Below, piece after piece: positions 11,891 through 24,789 of a stretch of DNA of 64,000 nt. Under the pieces are notes generated by a model, which saw only the letters and a list, made by a program, of their open reading frames with translations, did no database searches and had not been told where the DNA came from. Within the stretch, counting starts at the first letter, position 1; each line of letters opens with the position of its first letter. The stretch lies in contig NC_042999.1 in the NCBI RefSeq assembly GCF_006345805.1, positions 26,846,001-26,910,000 on the forward strand, given 5' to 3'. The stretch is from Octopus sinensis (lineage: Eukaryota). A program made the position numbers and the translations under genes.

Positions 11891-14307
11891 TACACACACA
11901 TGAATCTCCCACAGTACTAACCGTTTTTCAGTGTTTAGTTGGTGAAATGAACGACCATCATCCTGTCGATAAATTTGCCCTAACCTCTCCTATTTTCTTT
12001 TGTAAGAAGTTATTATAGTTTACTGAGAAGTATAAATGAATGTAGTTTCAAAGCGATACAAATATTTAGAGGAGCTCAAAACTTATCCAGTGTCAATGAA
12101 TAGTGAATGATACCAAAGAAATCTATTTATATTGTTCAGCACATAATTTTCACAGAGAAGAGATGGGATGTATTTCTAAATAGCTTTATTGAGGCAGCAG
12201 TAATAGCCAATTACTCAGGCATAAGTCTGAGACATGATATTAACAGATTCAGGGAAATTCTTTTGAAGAGAGGGACTTGTTTTCTTTTTATACTGTATTA
12301 GATTCTTCAAAGAATTAGCAGTTCACTTTCGCTGAAGGAGCAGCAAATAAACACTAATTTGTTTAGCAAAATATAAACAAAATCAGATATTATAGAGAAC
12401 CTGAAAACATGAATGCGAACGAGTGCGTGCATTAGTGAAAGTTAAAGAAAATAATAAAGAAAAATTTTTATTGTATCAGTAATAGTTACATGTCACTATT
12501 GTTCTCAGTCAGTTTCTCTATTTCACTTTCCCCTCTTTCTCATTCTCTTTCCATCCCCCCTCTCTCTCTCTCAGCTTATACTGGAGTAATATGGACAGAT
12601 GTATGTTGATCATACATGAAGTAATTTTGTTGCAATATTAGTTTGCGCCAAGGGACGATTTATATTAATTATTTGTTCCCATTGAAGATCTGATTGATTG
12701 ATGTGCAAATGACTTTGTGTATACCAGATCAAAGGAACGTGTAATATTATATATATAAACTCTTCTTCCAGGAATAATTTCGTCATATTGAAATAACTTC
12801 ACAGATATCAGATGTTATTGAAGCAGTTTAACTTATCACACTTCATATATAATATACGTTATTTACTCCGGCTCCTTTGTAGCATTATCGTGCGCAGAAA
12901 TTAATTATTTATATGCATTCCATATTCTGGTTTCGATTCCCAATAGGAAGACGACAACAGGTTTTGGGAGAAGGGAATTTGTCCACAAAGTGGATTCAGC
13001 GGCTCCATTAATTAAGGGAACTATAGAAATTGTTTTCAGGGTATATTGTTCAGTAATTTCAATTTCCTTTCAACGTGTTGCTATTTATTTATCAGCACTG
13101 GAAGTGTGAAAAGTTTTGTGAACTCCGTCGGGATCTGTACAGAGAAAGTAAATAAATACTAAATTGTTCTCATAACATAAAATAACGCACGCTACTATCT
13201 CTGGAGTACCCCTCTGAAAGATGTATGACAATGCTATGATAATGAACACAATACACTTCCATAAGTTTCTATAAACAAACTTCGAATGAGTGAAACGGCA
13301 TGGTCACTTAACATGTAGGAAATAGCAGTAATATGCCGCTCAAACTGTATTCTGGTTTCTTACAAAATTTTAATATTGTAAAGTACTAGTACCAGAAATA
13401 TAGGTTAAATACATTCAGTCACAAAACCCCGATAGCTTGACACATAAAGAAAAAAAAAGCAAATAAAAAGTAGCTTCCAACGAATAGATAGTCCTTTGAT
13501 CGCTTCCTACTTGGGGCATTTCTGCATATATCTTTTATTTCTGTATATATCTATAAAAGCCATTGATATTTCCGTATATATTTACATTAGCTATTGATAT
13601 TTCCGTATATATTTATATTAGCTATTGATATTTAAAGGTCATATATGCCATTTTGATTCATAAATTACACATGTACTGCATCTCAATCTTCGTTACCTAG
13701 CAACACCTGGAAGACGATATGAAATGGAGATGAATGTCAAACATTGTGGGAACTCGCTTACGAGCAGGTTTCTCTTTCATTTTCTATTTTCCATCCATGA
13801 CTTTTCCACATGAATATCTTATTTATATTTATTTTGATTTGAGGTGAACTATGAAGCATATAATCTATTTAAAATAGGTAAATAATTTTACTTAATCCTG
13901 AATCTGTTCGTTTGCGTTTATGGCTTTGCAAATGTAACATAATTAATATGCTTACACTTATTCTTTACCGAAGAGAAGTAACTGCCTTGAAATTGTCTGT
14001 GAATATTAAGTGTATATTTTGAAGTTCAACCATAACGAGATTAAATAGTTTTTATAATGATTTGTTTTATTAAAGACCAATTACATTTCAGAAAACAAAT
14101 TCTCAGCAACAAAATTTTCAGTCCAATGAAACAGAACAACGAACAATCAGCGATTTGACAAGGTTCAAGAATCCAAACAAAACCACTGTGAATGTCTTTA
14201 TAAAAGGCTTAATACATCAGGAAAGGTGAACAGTAAAGAAAAACATGAGAACACAGAATGGCTAGAATGGAAATTCTCTCCATGCGACAGTATTAGACTA
14301 TTTAACG

Positions 14308-14490
14308 TGGCGAGCTGGCAGAATCACTAGCAAGCCAGGCAAAATGCTCAGCAGCATTTTGTCCGTTTTTATGCTCTAAGTTAAAATACTGCGAAGGTCG
14401 ACTTTGACTTTCATCCTACTGAGATCAATAAAATAAATACCATTAGAACAACTGAGTTTCGTATAATTGGCTTAACCCATCCTCCGATAT
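14308..14490 (+). mobile_element. tRNA-headed SINE, family B, old copy
   Basis: GGCGAGCTGGCAGAA..AAGGTCGACTTTGACTTTCATCC..GATCAATAAAATAAATACC aligns to the 57489 copy. Confidence 0.75.
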
Positions 14491-14750
14491 TGCAAACACC
14501 GTGCAAAACATTTTAACTCTATATTTTGGATAACCTCTAAGTATTTTGTTCTTCATGTCTTATGATTTTTATCATACTCCTTCATTTCCTGTGCACACTG
14601 ATTTCAGATACCATCTCTATCACTTTAATTATGTGTCGTTTTGAAGCTTAGAAATCAAGGACGTGTCCATGGTACTTTGCAGAATACCGAAATGTCGGAT
14701 GCGTTGCCTTGAGCATCTCTTTGTACTCTGTGTAATTCGAGTTAACTTAC

Positions 14751-14842
14751 CAATTTTTTGACACTGGGCCAAGATGCTTCCGTGAGAAGCATCTGATATT
14801 CAACGAACAAAGAATTGGTCCGTACTGATGTGAATATAACAT
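14751..14842 (-). CDS. Candidate internal exon (92 nt): (D/H)VIFTSVRTNSLFVEYQMLLTEASWPSVKKL
   Basis: Acceptor atatattgtctacag and consensus donor TTG|gtaagt on the minus strand; two of three frames open. Confidence 0.4.
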
Positions 14843-15052
14843 CTGTAGACAATATATTTGAACGTTATTAAAAGAACTAAATAAAAGAGAAAGACTTGTC
14901 TTTTTACTTAGCGAGAAAATAGTATCCAGTAAAACGTGTCTCCATAGCGCAAAAACTGAACAACATATAAACAATGAATTATAGTAATAAGCCTATGGAA
15001 TTTTTTCTTATATGTCATTCAAATACTACCATAGTTGAATGATATACTTAAC

Positions 15053-15099
15053 GTAGCTTTTTTGTCGCAGTCGGCGTCTTCCAAAGAGTCTCACAAATT
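15053..15099 (-). CDS. Candidate upstream exon (47 nt): ICETLWKTPTATKKL
   Basis: Acceptor ttaaaacag, weak donor gttaag; phase is compatible with the 14751-14842 exon across a 210-nt intron. Confidence 0.2.
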
Positions 15100-15659
15100 C
15101 TGTTTTAATTGAAATCAAATTCAATTTTTTGAATAGTGATAAGCTATAATTATACACAAAATACTTAAAATCTGGTGCAGTAGAACAAAAGTTAAGAGAA
15201 ACATGTTTAGACCAAACTTGTTGACTGACGGTTAGTAACACTCAACATCGACACTTTGAGTCCTCACCATTCTTTTAATTTTTATTATGAATTATTATAT
15301 TGATATTAATATTAAAGAGAAATGTTAAAGAAATATATTGGTAAAGGTTTCGTAAAGTTTTATCCATTAGAAAAATAGATATCTAATTTAAATTTTCAAA
15401 GTTTTGTCAATTTGGGCATGACGTTAAAGGGACGCTACTCATATATGGACTAAACTATTTCTTAGGCGCAACGCAACAAAAAGATAAAAGACAACACAAA
15501 TCGATACAAAGGGTCCTAATATCTATTTTCATCAGTCTACATTATTTTTTTTATAAAAAATGAAATTCTGTTGCTTATTTTTTGTAATATAACTTTCTAA
15601 TGTCCACTTTCGAATAAATTATTTTAATAACAAGATTTTTTAATAATGTATTATCTTTT

Positions 15660-16260
15660 TTGATTTTCTTCCCTATGGTTAGTACTGAATCATGTAGTAT
15701 GGCTATTCAGAAAAGGCAAATGACAACAATTAAAATATTTTAACAGTCAATTTTCACTATTTAAAAATTTTCAAACATGGAGTTATTTATTTGCATGCTA
15801 AAAATGACTATTTATAATTTATTTATTAATTTTATAGCAAAGAAAATACGATTATTTGTGGCTTTGTCTCTATGAGCGGTATTGAAGTCTAAGTAAGACT
15901 GTTCAGAAAAGGCAAATACTACTTGTAATTGTATTATATTCAATATCAATTTAATTTAATCTAATTAAAATAAAGTCATTTTATTAAATTTATATCTTCA
16001 TTTTTTTCTCATTATAATTAAAACTCATTAAATATATTCATTAATAACTTTGTGTCTGTACAGTACCGAAATTACAGTACGTACATTATGTTCAGAAAAT
16101 CAAAGTTGCGATGATTATCATTCATTTTTAATTTAATTTCTGAAATTTAGTGAAATGAATAAATCAAAATTTCGCTTTTGTGAATTCAAATTTGCTTCAA
16201 AAAATGGTAATTTTATATACTATGATTGAAATTTTACTATTACCGTAATGCCTGTAAAAT
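15660..16260. repeat. Highly degenerate ~190-bp tandem array (3-4 units)
   Basis: TTCAGAAAA(GG)CAAA core at 15706, 15902 and 16091, each preceded by TAYYGAA..GTA. Confidence 0.5.
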
Positions 16261-16267
16261 CACTGGA

Positions 16268-16613
16268 GTAGCCAATGAAAAATGTGGAAACTAACATTAT
16301 TCTTAACAATTAAAACTGGAAATGATGAGGACAAGAAAAAACTCATTAAAATTAGAGCTTAAAATATTGCTCCTAAAATTAAAATTTTAAATCTTTTTTA
16401 TTAATTCACTTAGTACAAAAAATAAAATTAAAAGTGAAATTGTTTATTGAATTTTTTAAAAAAATAGGAAGCAGTAGGAAAGAGGTACGTTTTAATTTTA
16501 ATTTTAGCAGCAAATTATAAGCTCTAATTTTAATGAGTTTTCTTATCCTGAACTTTTTCAGGTTTAATTGTTAAGAATATCGTTAGTATGCGTCCGCAGT
16601 TTTCATTGACTAG
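16268..16613. mobile_element. MITE-like foldback with ~120-bp inverted arms
   Basis: 16268-16386 is the reverse complement (~80%) of 16494-16613; termini TAGCCAATGAAAA..TTTTCATTGACTA. Confidence 0.8.
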
Positions 16614-17029
16614 TATATGTATGTACGAATTGCAGAGAATAGACTCAAAACAGGTTTAATTATTTGATGAAAGGAAATGATTCTCTCGAAAGGCTAATGT
16701 TGAAAAACAGCAGAGTGAACTCCATATTACAGTGAACATACGAACAAAAAAAGCGAGAGAAAGCGTGAAATTTTATAAAACACAATTTGAGTAAGTTTAT
16801 GCGAAAATGTTCATGCAAACCAAAGAAATGATTAGTCAAGAAATTGTAATAGAATATGCTAGGTGCAATTTCGAATAGCTATAATTAAATTATAAGCTCT
16901 GCGTAAAAAGGTAGATAACAGCTCTTTAAATAACATGATTATAATATATTTTGATTAAAAAAATGATAAAACGTACAACTGTCATATGCATACATGCATA
17001 CGTACGTACATACATTCTTACCCTTACAA

Positions 17030-18730
17030 CTGAGAACAGACTAATTGTTTCCAATAGTATAGGCATTTCAAAGGGAATATCCAAAGAGATAGTATTTCTG
17101 CACTTCTTTTTATTATGGCTCTGAATTGATAATCTTTCCTACTGTAGAACACAAATGGTTACATGCTAGGATCTTCAACTGGTAGAAATATCCTTTTCTA
17201 CTCTGGGCACAAGACCAGGAATTATTGGGGAGGGGGACAGTCGATTAGAACTACCCCAATATACAACTGGTACTTAATTTATCGACCCCGTAAGGATGAA
17301 AAGCAAAGTCGACCTCGGCGAAATTCGAACTCAGAACGTACAGACAGACGAAATACCGCTAAGCATTTCGCCCAGCGTGCTAATGTTTCTGCCAGCTCGC
17401 CTTACTGCTAGAAATATCAATGAAACTCATAATTCCTTTGTCGACGACCTAAAGAGTTTGAATATTTATGCAAAAAAAAACCCAACTAGAATTAATAACA
17501 TTTTCAGCTAATATAGGCATGGAATTTAGCCAAAAGAAATGTTCATATTTGGTTATAGAACGAGGAAAGTCAGTCCCCAAAAACCAAACCTATGCATCAA
17601 GGGTCTCTCTATTACTCCCATTCCACACAAAGAATGTTACAAGTATCTAGGCATAGACGAAAATGTGTATTATGAAGGCATTGTGTATAAAGATAGAGTG
17701 ACTCAAGAATATTACACCAGATTTATGAAAATATGGCAATCAGAACTCTCCTCTTACAACAAAACAATATATTACAATGCATTTGCAGTATCAGTGGTGA
17801 TCTCAAAGTTTGGGACACTTGATTGGTATGTAGAAGAAATCCACGCCATATATATCAAAACCTGCAAAATCTTAACAACAACTCTGAACTTCCACAGAAA
17901 CTGTGATGTTGACAGCCTCTACCTAAGACGAAATGAAGGTGGTACAAGCCCGAGATCAGTGCAGACATCCTTCGAATGCCGTATGGTATCACTCAGGCAG
18001 CACCTGCTAAACAGCAGTAGCAAAAATAGATATATAGATGCAGTACTGAAAAGAGAAGCGAGCAACATTGTACGAGTTGGCAATGAGCTCCTCAAGAAGC
18101 ACTCTGTTCCTGATGATCTTCTATACAGCCCCAAAACAGCTGGGCTCTCTTACCCCAGAGAAGACGAGTATGGAAAGCACTCAGCATACAAAAAGAAAAT
18201 TATGCATGGATATGTTTCTCGGATGCTTGAAGAAGTAGAATTGACATGAAGCGCAGCCTCTCTTGGACACAAGACCACTACATCACATCACAATTTGAAG
18301 GCTATACGTTTGCAATCCAGGAACAGGAGATTGCCACAAAGTACCTGGTGAACAAGAGAGAGACAGTGACGCTCTTATAATCCCAACGTGCAACCGCATG
18401 TGTAAGCAATGTCATATTACTATGGAAGACATCATGCATGTGATTAGCAGCTGTCCGAAAATATCGTAACAGTACTACCTCTCTATACACATGATGTTGC
18501 TGCTACTACAGTTTACAATGCAATCAGCAGCAAAATAAAAAGTCTGTTCTGAAATAAATTTAGAAAATCCCTGGTTAGTAATTATCACTATATTAGAAAA
18601 GGCTTAAAGAAGAATCTGGATAAACTGGGGTTTCAGAAAGAGAATTCGACCAGCTAATCCGTACATTACAGGTGCAAACTGTAAATGGAACAGTAAAAAT
18701 ATGCAAGGCTTTTCTCAAGTTCCAAATGTG
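17030..18730 (+). mobile_element. R4/Dong-clade (RLE-type) non-LTR retrotransposon, 5'-truncated and decayed
   Basis: RT4-like KGI.QRDS, FVDDLK, YKYLGIDE, DVDSLYLRRNEGG, FEGYTFAIQEQEIATKYL, CCHC remnant, terminal LQVQTVNGTVKICKAFL; includes ORF 17539-18249; endonuclease core appears deleted. Confidence 0.88.
17193..17408 (-). mobile_element. tRNA-headed SINE, family B, inserted in the LINE RT
   Basis: Flanked by a 10-bp TSD TAGAAATATC (17183-17192 and 17409-17418). Confidence 0.92.
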
Positions 18731-19020
18731 AATTTGTCTCTTTTAACTACATCCCAAACTTGGAGAATTGTATCTCAGTAGAAAGTTTACAATAATTAAA
18801 AATAGAATACATACATATATATATACCCTCATTTACATAGTACCTATCTATATGAATACATTTATACATATATATAAATATATATATATGTGTGCATATA
18901 TATATATATATATATATAAATATAAGATATATACATATACATTTACACACATGAACACACACAAGTGCACACTCACACACACATATGTATACAAACACAC
19001 ACACATATATATCTAATAAA

Positions 19021-20059
19021 AATAAGCAACAGGATATCAAGTAGTAATGCAATAGACCGCTTCATGTGGCTCCATTTAATTGAACAATGTCATCATTGCA
19101 TCAATTTAAATGCAGTGCTATTTTCAGCTGCACAAAGTATAGAATTTTCAACATGTAGCACACATTAATAAAATTTTTCCTAAATATTATAACAGAGTAA
19201 GAAGATGGAAAAAATTTATGCTGTTGCTATTGTAGCAGAGTGGCTAAGAATAAGCTATAATTTCTTAGAATCGCATGGATCATAGTGAGTTCATAGGGTT
19301 GTAAGGGTCGTAATTCATTTCTAATGTATTTATCTCTGTATCATCTATTAAATCTGAGACTAGAAGTTTGTGTTTATTTCCAATTGAGAACAAGAGTTGA
19401 CAGCTAGGTACAGTTATAAACATTATCATAGGTCTCTAATTCCCAACAGAAAGGAAATAAGACATTAGGAAGAATCAAGTAGATATAAGTAAGTGTTTAT
19501 AAAAATGAGGTAAGATAGGGGTAGACTTTAAATCACGATGTTAAATACCAGTTAAAGGAGCAAGACAATAAGAAACTTAAGATGCTGATACAGGGAAAAT
19601 TTATTAGGGGAAGATGGAGGAACGTTTATAAACAATATTGTCATGTTGTATAAAATAATACAGAAGAATTCCAATATGATATCAAAAACAAAATAGCTGA
19701 AAGGTGTGTATGTATCAATTATAAGAAATAAAAAGGAAGATTATGTAGAATCAGCTTAATAGCCATTCTTGTACTTAATTAATTAATTATTAAGTGGTTT
19801 CTATAAAGAGAGCTCCAGGCACTTACATGTGGAATATCTGGAAAGATATTCATCCTCTCTATTAATTTTTGCCATGAATCAGAAGCGGGATATAGAGATA
19901 ATGGTAATACACAGACATATTTAAAGAAAAATTACAAAATCTAAAGTATAAAAATATATAAATACTCGAAAAATATGTGCCGATATAAACATGTGTAAAA
20001 TGTAAAACAACGCATACAGATACATATACGAAGAGGGTTTTTTATACACATACATACAT

Positions 20060-20108
<49 letters not shown>

Positions 20109-20908
20109 ATATAATATATATATGTGTGTGTGTGTATGTGTGTGTGTGTGTATGCATATATACATATACAAAAACAATTATGCGTTTATATGTGTATAGT
20201 ATAGATATCTTTCATGGGCTTAAGTAACTGAAAAATATTACTTTAAGAACAAGAAAAACAACAATTTATAAGGGATAAGAGGTAAATAAGTAAGGATATA
20301 AAGAAAAAGAAGAATTTATAGAAAATAATAAAAATATATATATTACGTCCATATAAAGAGACAGGGGATTAGAATTAGAGGCCGAGAAAAGATAAAGGTA
20401 ATCTGAAATCAGGAAATCAGTAGGTATAGGAGTAGTGAAGGAAGTTACATGTATTCGAACCGAAGAGGTTTTATGAGTTGTAATATTACAGGTGTTATTG
20501 TATATATGTTTTTATACTTTCTAGGGGATATATGATTTAGTCAAAGAGAGACTTACGTTCATAATGTGACAACAAATATACATAATATAACGAAAGAGAT
20601 AAATAAATTAGAAATGAATTGCGACCCTTACAACCCTATGACCCCAGTATTCTCCATGCGATTCTAAGTAATTGTAGTCTATTCTTAGCCTCTCTGCTAC
20701 AAAAAGAGATATGAACTTCTTCCACATTTTTACACTGTTAAAATATTTAAGAAAAAAATATATTGTCTCCTACTTGTTGAAAAATTCTATATTTTGTGCA
20801 GCTGAAGATAGCACTGCATTTAAATTGATGTAATGATTATATTGTTCAATTAAATGGAGCCGATGAAACGGTCGTACTGCATTACTACTTGATATTATGT
20901 TGCTTATT
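19021..20908. repeat. Diverged inverted repeat pair (arms 19021-19337 and 20595-20908) of an unclassified repeat
   Basis: Arms ~80% identical (aataagcaac..tcaagtagtaatgca..ctccatttaattgaacaat..cagctgcacaaa..tagggttgtaagggtcg). Confidence 0.8.
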
Positions 20909-20980
20909 TTGATTATTCTATTAACCTTACTTCGAGCTATACGGATACTACCGAACTGACTAATTCAACAGAATCTTAAG

Positions 20981-21022
<42 letters not shown>

Positions 21023-23099
21023 TGTATATATAACTGAAACAAGTAAAATAGTAATATTTGTCGGTGTGTGTGTATCCGTAGTGTGCGTGTGTGTGTGTGC
21101 GGGCACGCCTTTTGTTTGTGTGTGCATATATGTATGTGTATATATGCATATACAAAGCAGAAACATACAAGAAAGTACAGAAACACACTTGGCACACGTG
21201 TACACATTCGTACATCGAGACTTGATATTTACTGACAGAAACGAACGAAACACAATTGAAAATAATGAAAATAGAGTGTTTGTATATATAAAGATAGACG
21301 GATAAAACAATACCTATTCAAAGAAACACAAACGTTGTAAAGAATGCTGAATAGCACGACTTAATAGCAGGTAATCTGAGCTTGGTAATTATTTCCATAC
21401 TCCATATCGATAGACGGCTTACAGAACGGAGCTCAATCCATTTTGTATACCAATAGGAACTTTAATTATCTTCAGAGCTATACAAGTAAAGGTCAAAGAG
21501 GGAGAGCATTAATCAACTTTTGATCATATTAAAATTACTAGTATTCCTTGTGTATCTTTGTATGTATGTATGCATGTTTGTAGGTATTTTTGTAGGTATC
21601 TATTTATTTACACGCACACAAACACAACACACACAAATACACACCACTTTTATACACTCATACATTGTTTCATTCATAATGAAATAAATCTGTCATTGCA
21701 CGTGTATACATGCCTGAAATGTAGACTTGTGAGCTTCTGTGTGCGTGCGTGTGTGCGTGTGTGTGTGTGTGTGTGTGTGAGCACGCATGCATATAATTTA
21801 AAATACGTACGTTGCGATAAGAACAGAAGCCGTTCAGCAAATACAAGTGCGTTTTCTAACCCCATTATTTTTTTTTCTCTCTCGTGCAGTGTTATTTTCA
21901 TGTCATCTCAAACAACATTGCAATCACGTACTTGATTGACGTCAACAGAATTTACTTCGCTGGCTTCTTCTGCTTCACTATTACTAAGCTTCACTGTTGC
22001 TTATGTTATATATTTTATTGATAACACTGATCTCATGATGTGAACGTACGCTTACAACTCTGTCTATGGAATACTATGTCTTAAAATTTTAATATATTAA
22101 ACTGTATTTACAATCAGATCTGACAACAGCTATAAACTGACGGTTATAAATATCACAGATGTGTTGAGTAGGCATCCACCTATTTTTTGTTCTGCATTCT
22201 TGTCATTTTTTTTTTTGGATTGCTTTATTTTCAACAACAGATATTACATATTTTCTGAAACACATCTTTTCAAAATGTTAATTCATCCAACCTATTATAT
22301 TTTTGCATTCCACACGGAGTTTACGATATTACGACAAAGAAAAGAAAACGAAATATTATTACGAATTTTTAAAATTACCCTTTCCACCTAAATACCATAT
22401 AAGTTTTCGGATACTTTAAAACTCTTTAAAGTCATGTGAGTATACATAAATGTTTTTCGAGCCAACAGACGAAACGAGGATGGCCTCAGTGTGGTCTAAC
22501 TATATGTTAGATATAACAGCTATATCATTGAAATTATATCTTTTCCAACATTACAAAATTTCAATATCACAGTTTCCCTTCACTGTCCTCCTGTATCAGA
22601 ATACTACTACGCATTTTATAGGAATAGAGAAAGCCTCACCAGAGTTGTTCCAGCTCACACTAACCAAAACTCTACTTAAGTATTTGATAAATTTTCAGTA
22701 ATCCATTTTCAATATTGAGGAAGTGAAATAGAGTTTGCTTCTATTTATTTCTGCTTTCTTCGCCATTGTGTTAAATAAATATAAAAACTTCCATGATATT
22801 TCGGTGGAGATTGGTTGGAGGACAGGGGGAAAATGACTCTGATGCATTCTTTATTTCTGTGTTGCGGAGGACATTTTTCTGAATATTGGGGTAGGAATTG
22901 AATTTTTAAAGTTTGGAAACGGGTATTTTTCAGATATTTCGTGATTGTATCATGGTATGTGGAGCGACAACATTGATGGGGACCTTTTTTACCCTGCTAT
23001 TTTGAAGAACAGACAGGCATAGGAGAAATAGCGGATAGGATAAATCATCCGGAATATATTTATGGTGATGTGATGAGTTCGTTTGTATTGTCCTAAAGA

Positions 23100-23154
<55 letters not shown>

Positions 23155-23266
23155 GGCCTGCTCGCTTAGCCAACAGGATGGCGTCATTTGAAGGCTAAAA
23201 CAATGCGAAGCGCATTGGGATCAGCGATGTGTAGCAACATCTGATAACCTGGTCGGTCACGGTGAC
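23155..23266 (+). mobile_element. 3' fragment of SINE family C inside (AT)n
   Basis: Matches 55888-56000 (ggcgtcatttgaaggctaaaacaatgcg..ggtcggtcacggtga). Confidence 0.85.
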
Positions 23267-23688
23267 GGTCGGGATATATATATATATATTATATATATAT
23301 ATATAAACAGTATTGAATAGTTGTTCTTTTGTTTCTTTGTCACAATAATAATCTCTATATTACTTCTTGTAGAATTTTGAAAGATCTTTTTGAAAAAGTG
23401 CCAAAATAAAGGGGGGGGGATGCGAAATAAAAAACATTAATAATATAAAATATCCATTTTTGAAAATAAAATATAAATACAAAGAAATTTTTGAGGTAAA
23501 GAAGGGAAAATGCATGAGGCATGAATGATTCTTCCACACATCTGTCATAGATTTCTTCACATCCTACATTAATCGTTTTAGTACGTTCATGACTCACCTA
23601 TCCACTATTTCAGTTAGTTTGTGAATTCATCAATATTATAATAATACCCTATTTCGTTCTCAATTCTCATTGTATGTGGGTAAGCAAT

Positions 23689-24403
23689 ATACATACATAC
23701 ATGCATGCATACATACATGCACGCATACACACATACATACATACATACATACATACATACATACATACATACATACATACATACATACATGCATATATAC
23801 ATGATGGCCGTCGACTCGTGATCGAGGAAAACCATTGGTGACCTTACGAACATTGTGCGTTCTTGGACTAACTTATATTTTGCATTTGCGGTTCTGTTGG
23901 TGGTTAAATATCCCTGATCTTGACAAGCTCACACGATTGCAAACATTGCAAACCAAGCACGCCTTAGTATAGTGGTTCAGCTCGCAAGTAACAAGTGCAG
24001 TGCGTCTTTGAGGCCTACAGTCTTTCTTGTTATCCAACAGAGTGCGCACGTTCCAACATGAAATGTTTAAATTCCATTAAGATTTTGTAAAAAAATAAGT
24101 CTCTTTGTTTTTCGAACGCAGGGTAGACATCCATCAGTCACGCTGATCTGACAAGATATAGAAATACAGGCACTTTTTGATTCAGATTAACTAGAACCTC
24201 CTCGGCTTCCGGGAGAGCAGGGCTCTCTCGAAATGGAGCTGCTCAGATACCCATGCAGCAACCGGATACTATCACTATCTTGGGGGACAAGGAGACGAAT
24301 TTAATATCTAGCATGGGCCGCATACGCGCAGGTCACTGACTACATGCTTCCAACCCGTCTGCTCTCCATGCTTCGCCACCTTCCCATCGCTGCAGGACTT
24401 CCG
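23689..24403 (-). mobile_element. Internally deleted RTE-clade LINE: 5' UTR + start of APE fused to C-terminal zinc finger + 3' UTR + (ATGT)n tail
   Basis: Minus strand reads CWNVRTLLDNKKDCRPQRRTALVTCELNHY-TKACLV-CNVCNRVSLSRSGIFNHQQNRKC*; tail 23689-23800. Confidence 0.8.
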
Positions 24404-24473
24404 AATAAAAATATAATAAATATAAACTAAAAATAAGATACATATATATTGAATATATATATATATATATATA

Positions 24474-24524
<51 letters not shown>

Positions 24525-24538
24525 TATGCATGTATATG

Positions 24539-24582
<44 letters not shown>

Positions 24583-24678
24583 ATTATATATATATATATT
24601 ATATGTGTGTGTGTGTGGTGTGTGTGTGTGTGTATGTATATATATAAATCTATATATATATATATAAATATATGTATG

Positions 24679-24726
<48 letters not shown>

Positions 24727-24789
24727 CGTGTGTGTGTGTAAGGTGGAAAAAAGGGGGGATGAAACATACACAACTATTATTAGTATTAC

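Noticed and set aside
14091-14226. Plus-strand exon KTNSQQQNF..GLIHQER with ttcag / gtgaac
   Set aside because: A-rich frames stay open easily, the donor is weak, no recognisable domain, and it conflicts with the minus-strand candidate.
16733-16790. Plus-strand 58-nt exon (ttacag..GA|gtaagt)
   Set aside because: Good sites but isolated, with no partner exon or homology; expected by chance at this scale.
21800-22730. pogo/Tigger-like C-terminal remnant (..ITLHE..GLENALVFAE) on the minus strand
   Set aside because: Only vague resemblance; no DDE motif or TIR could be read.
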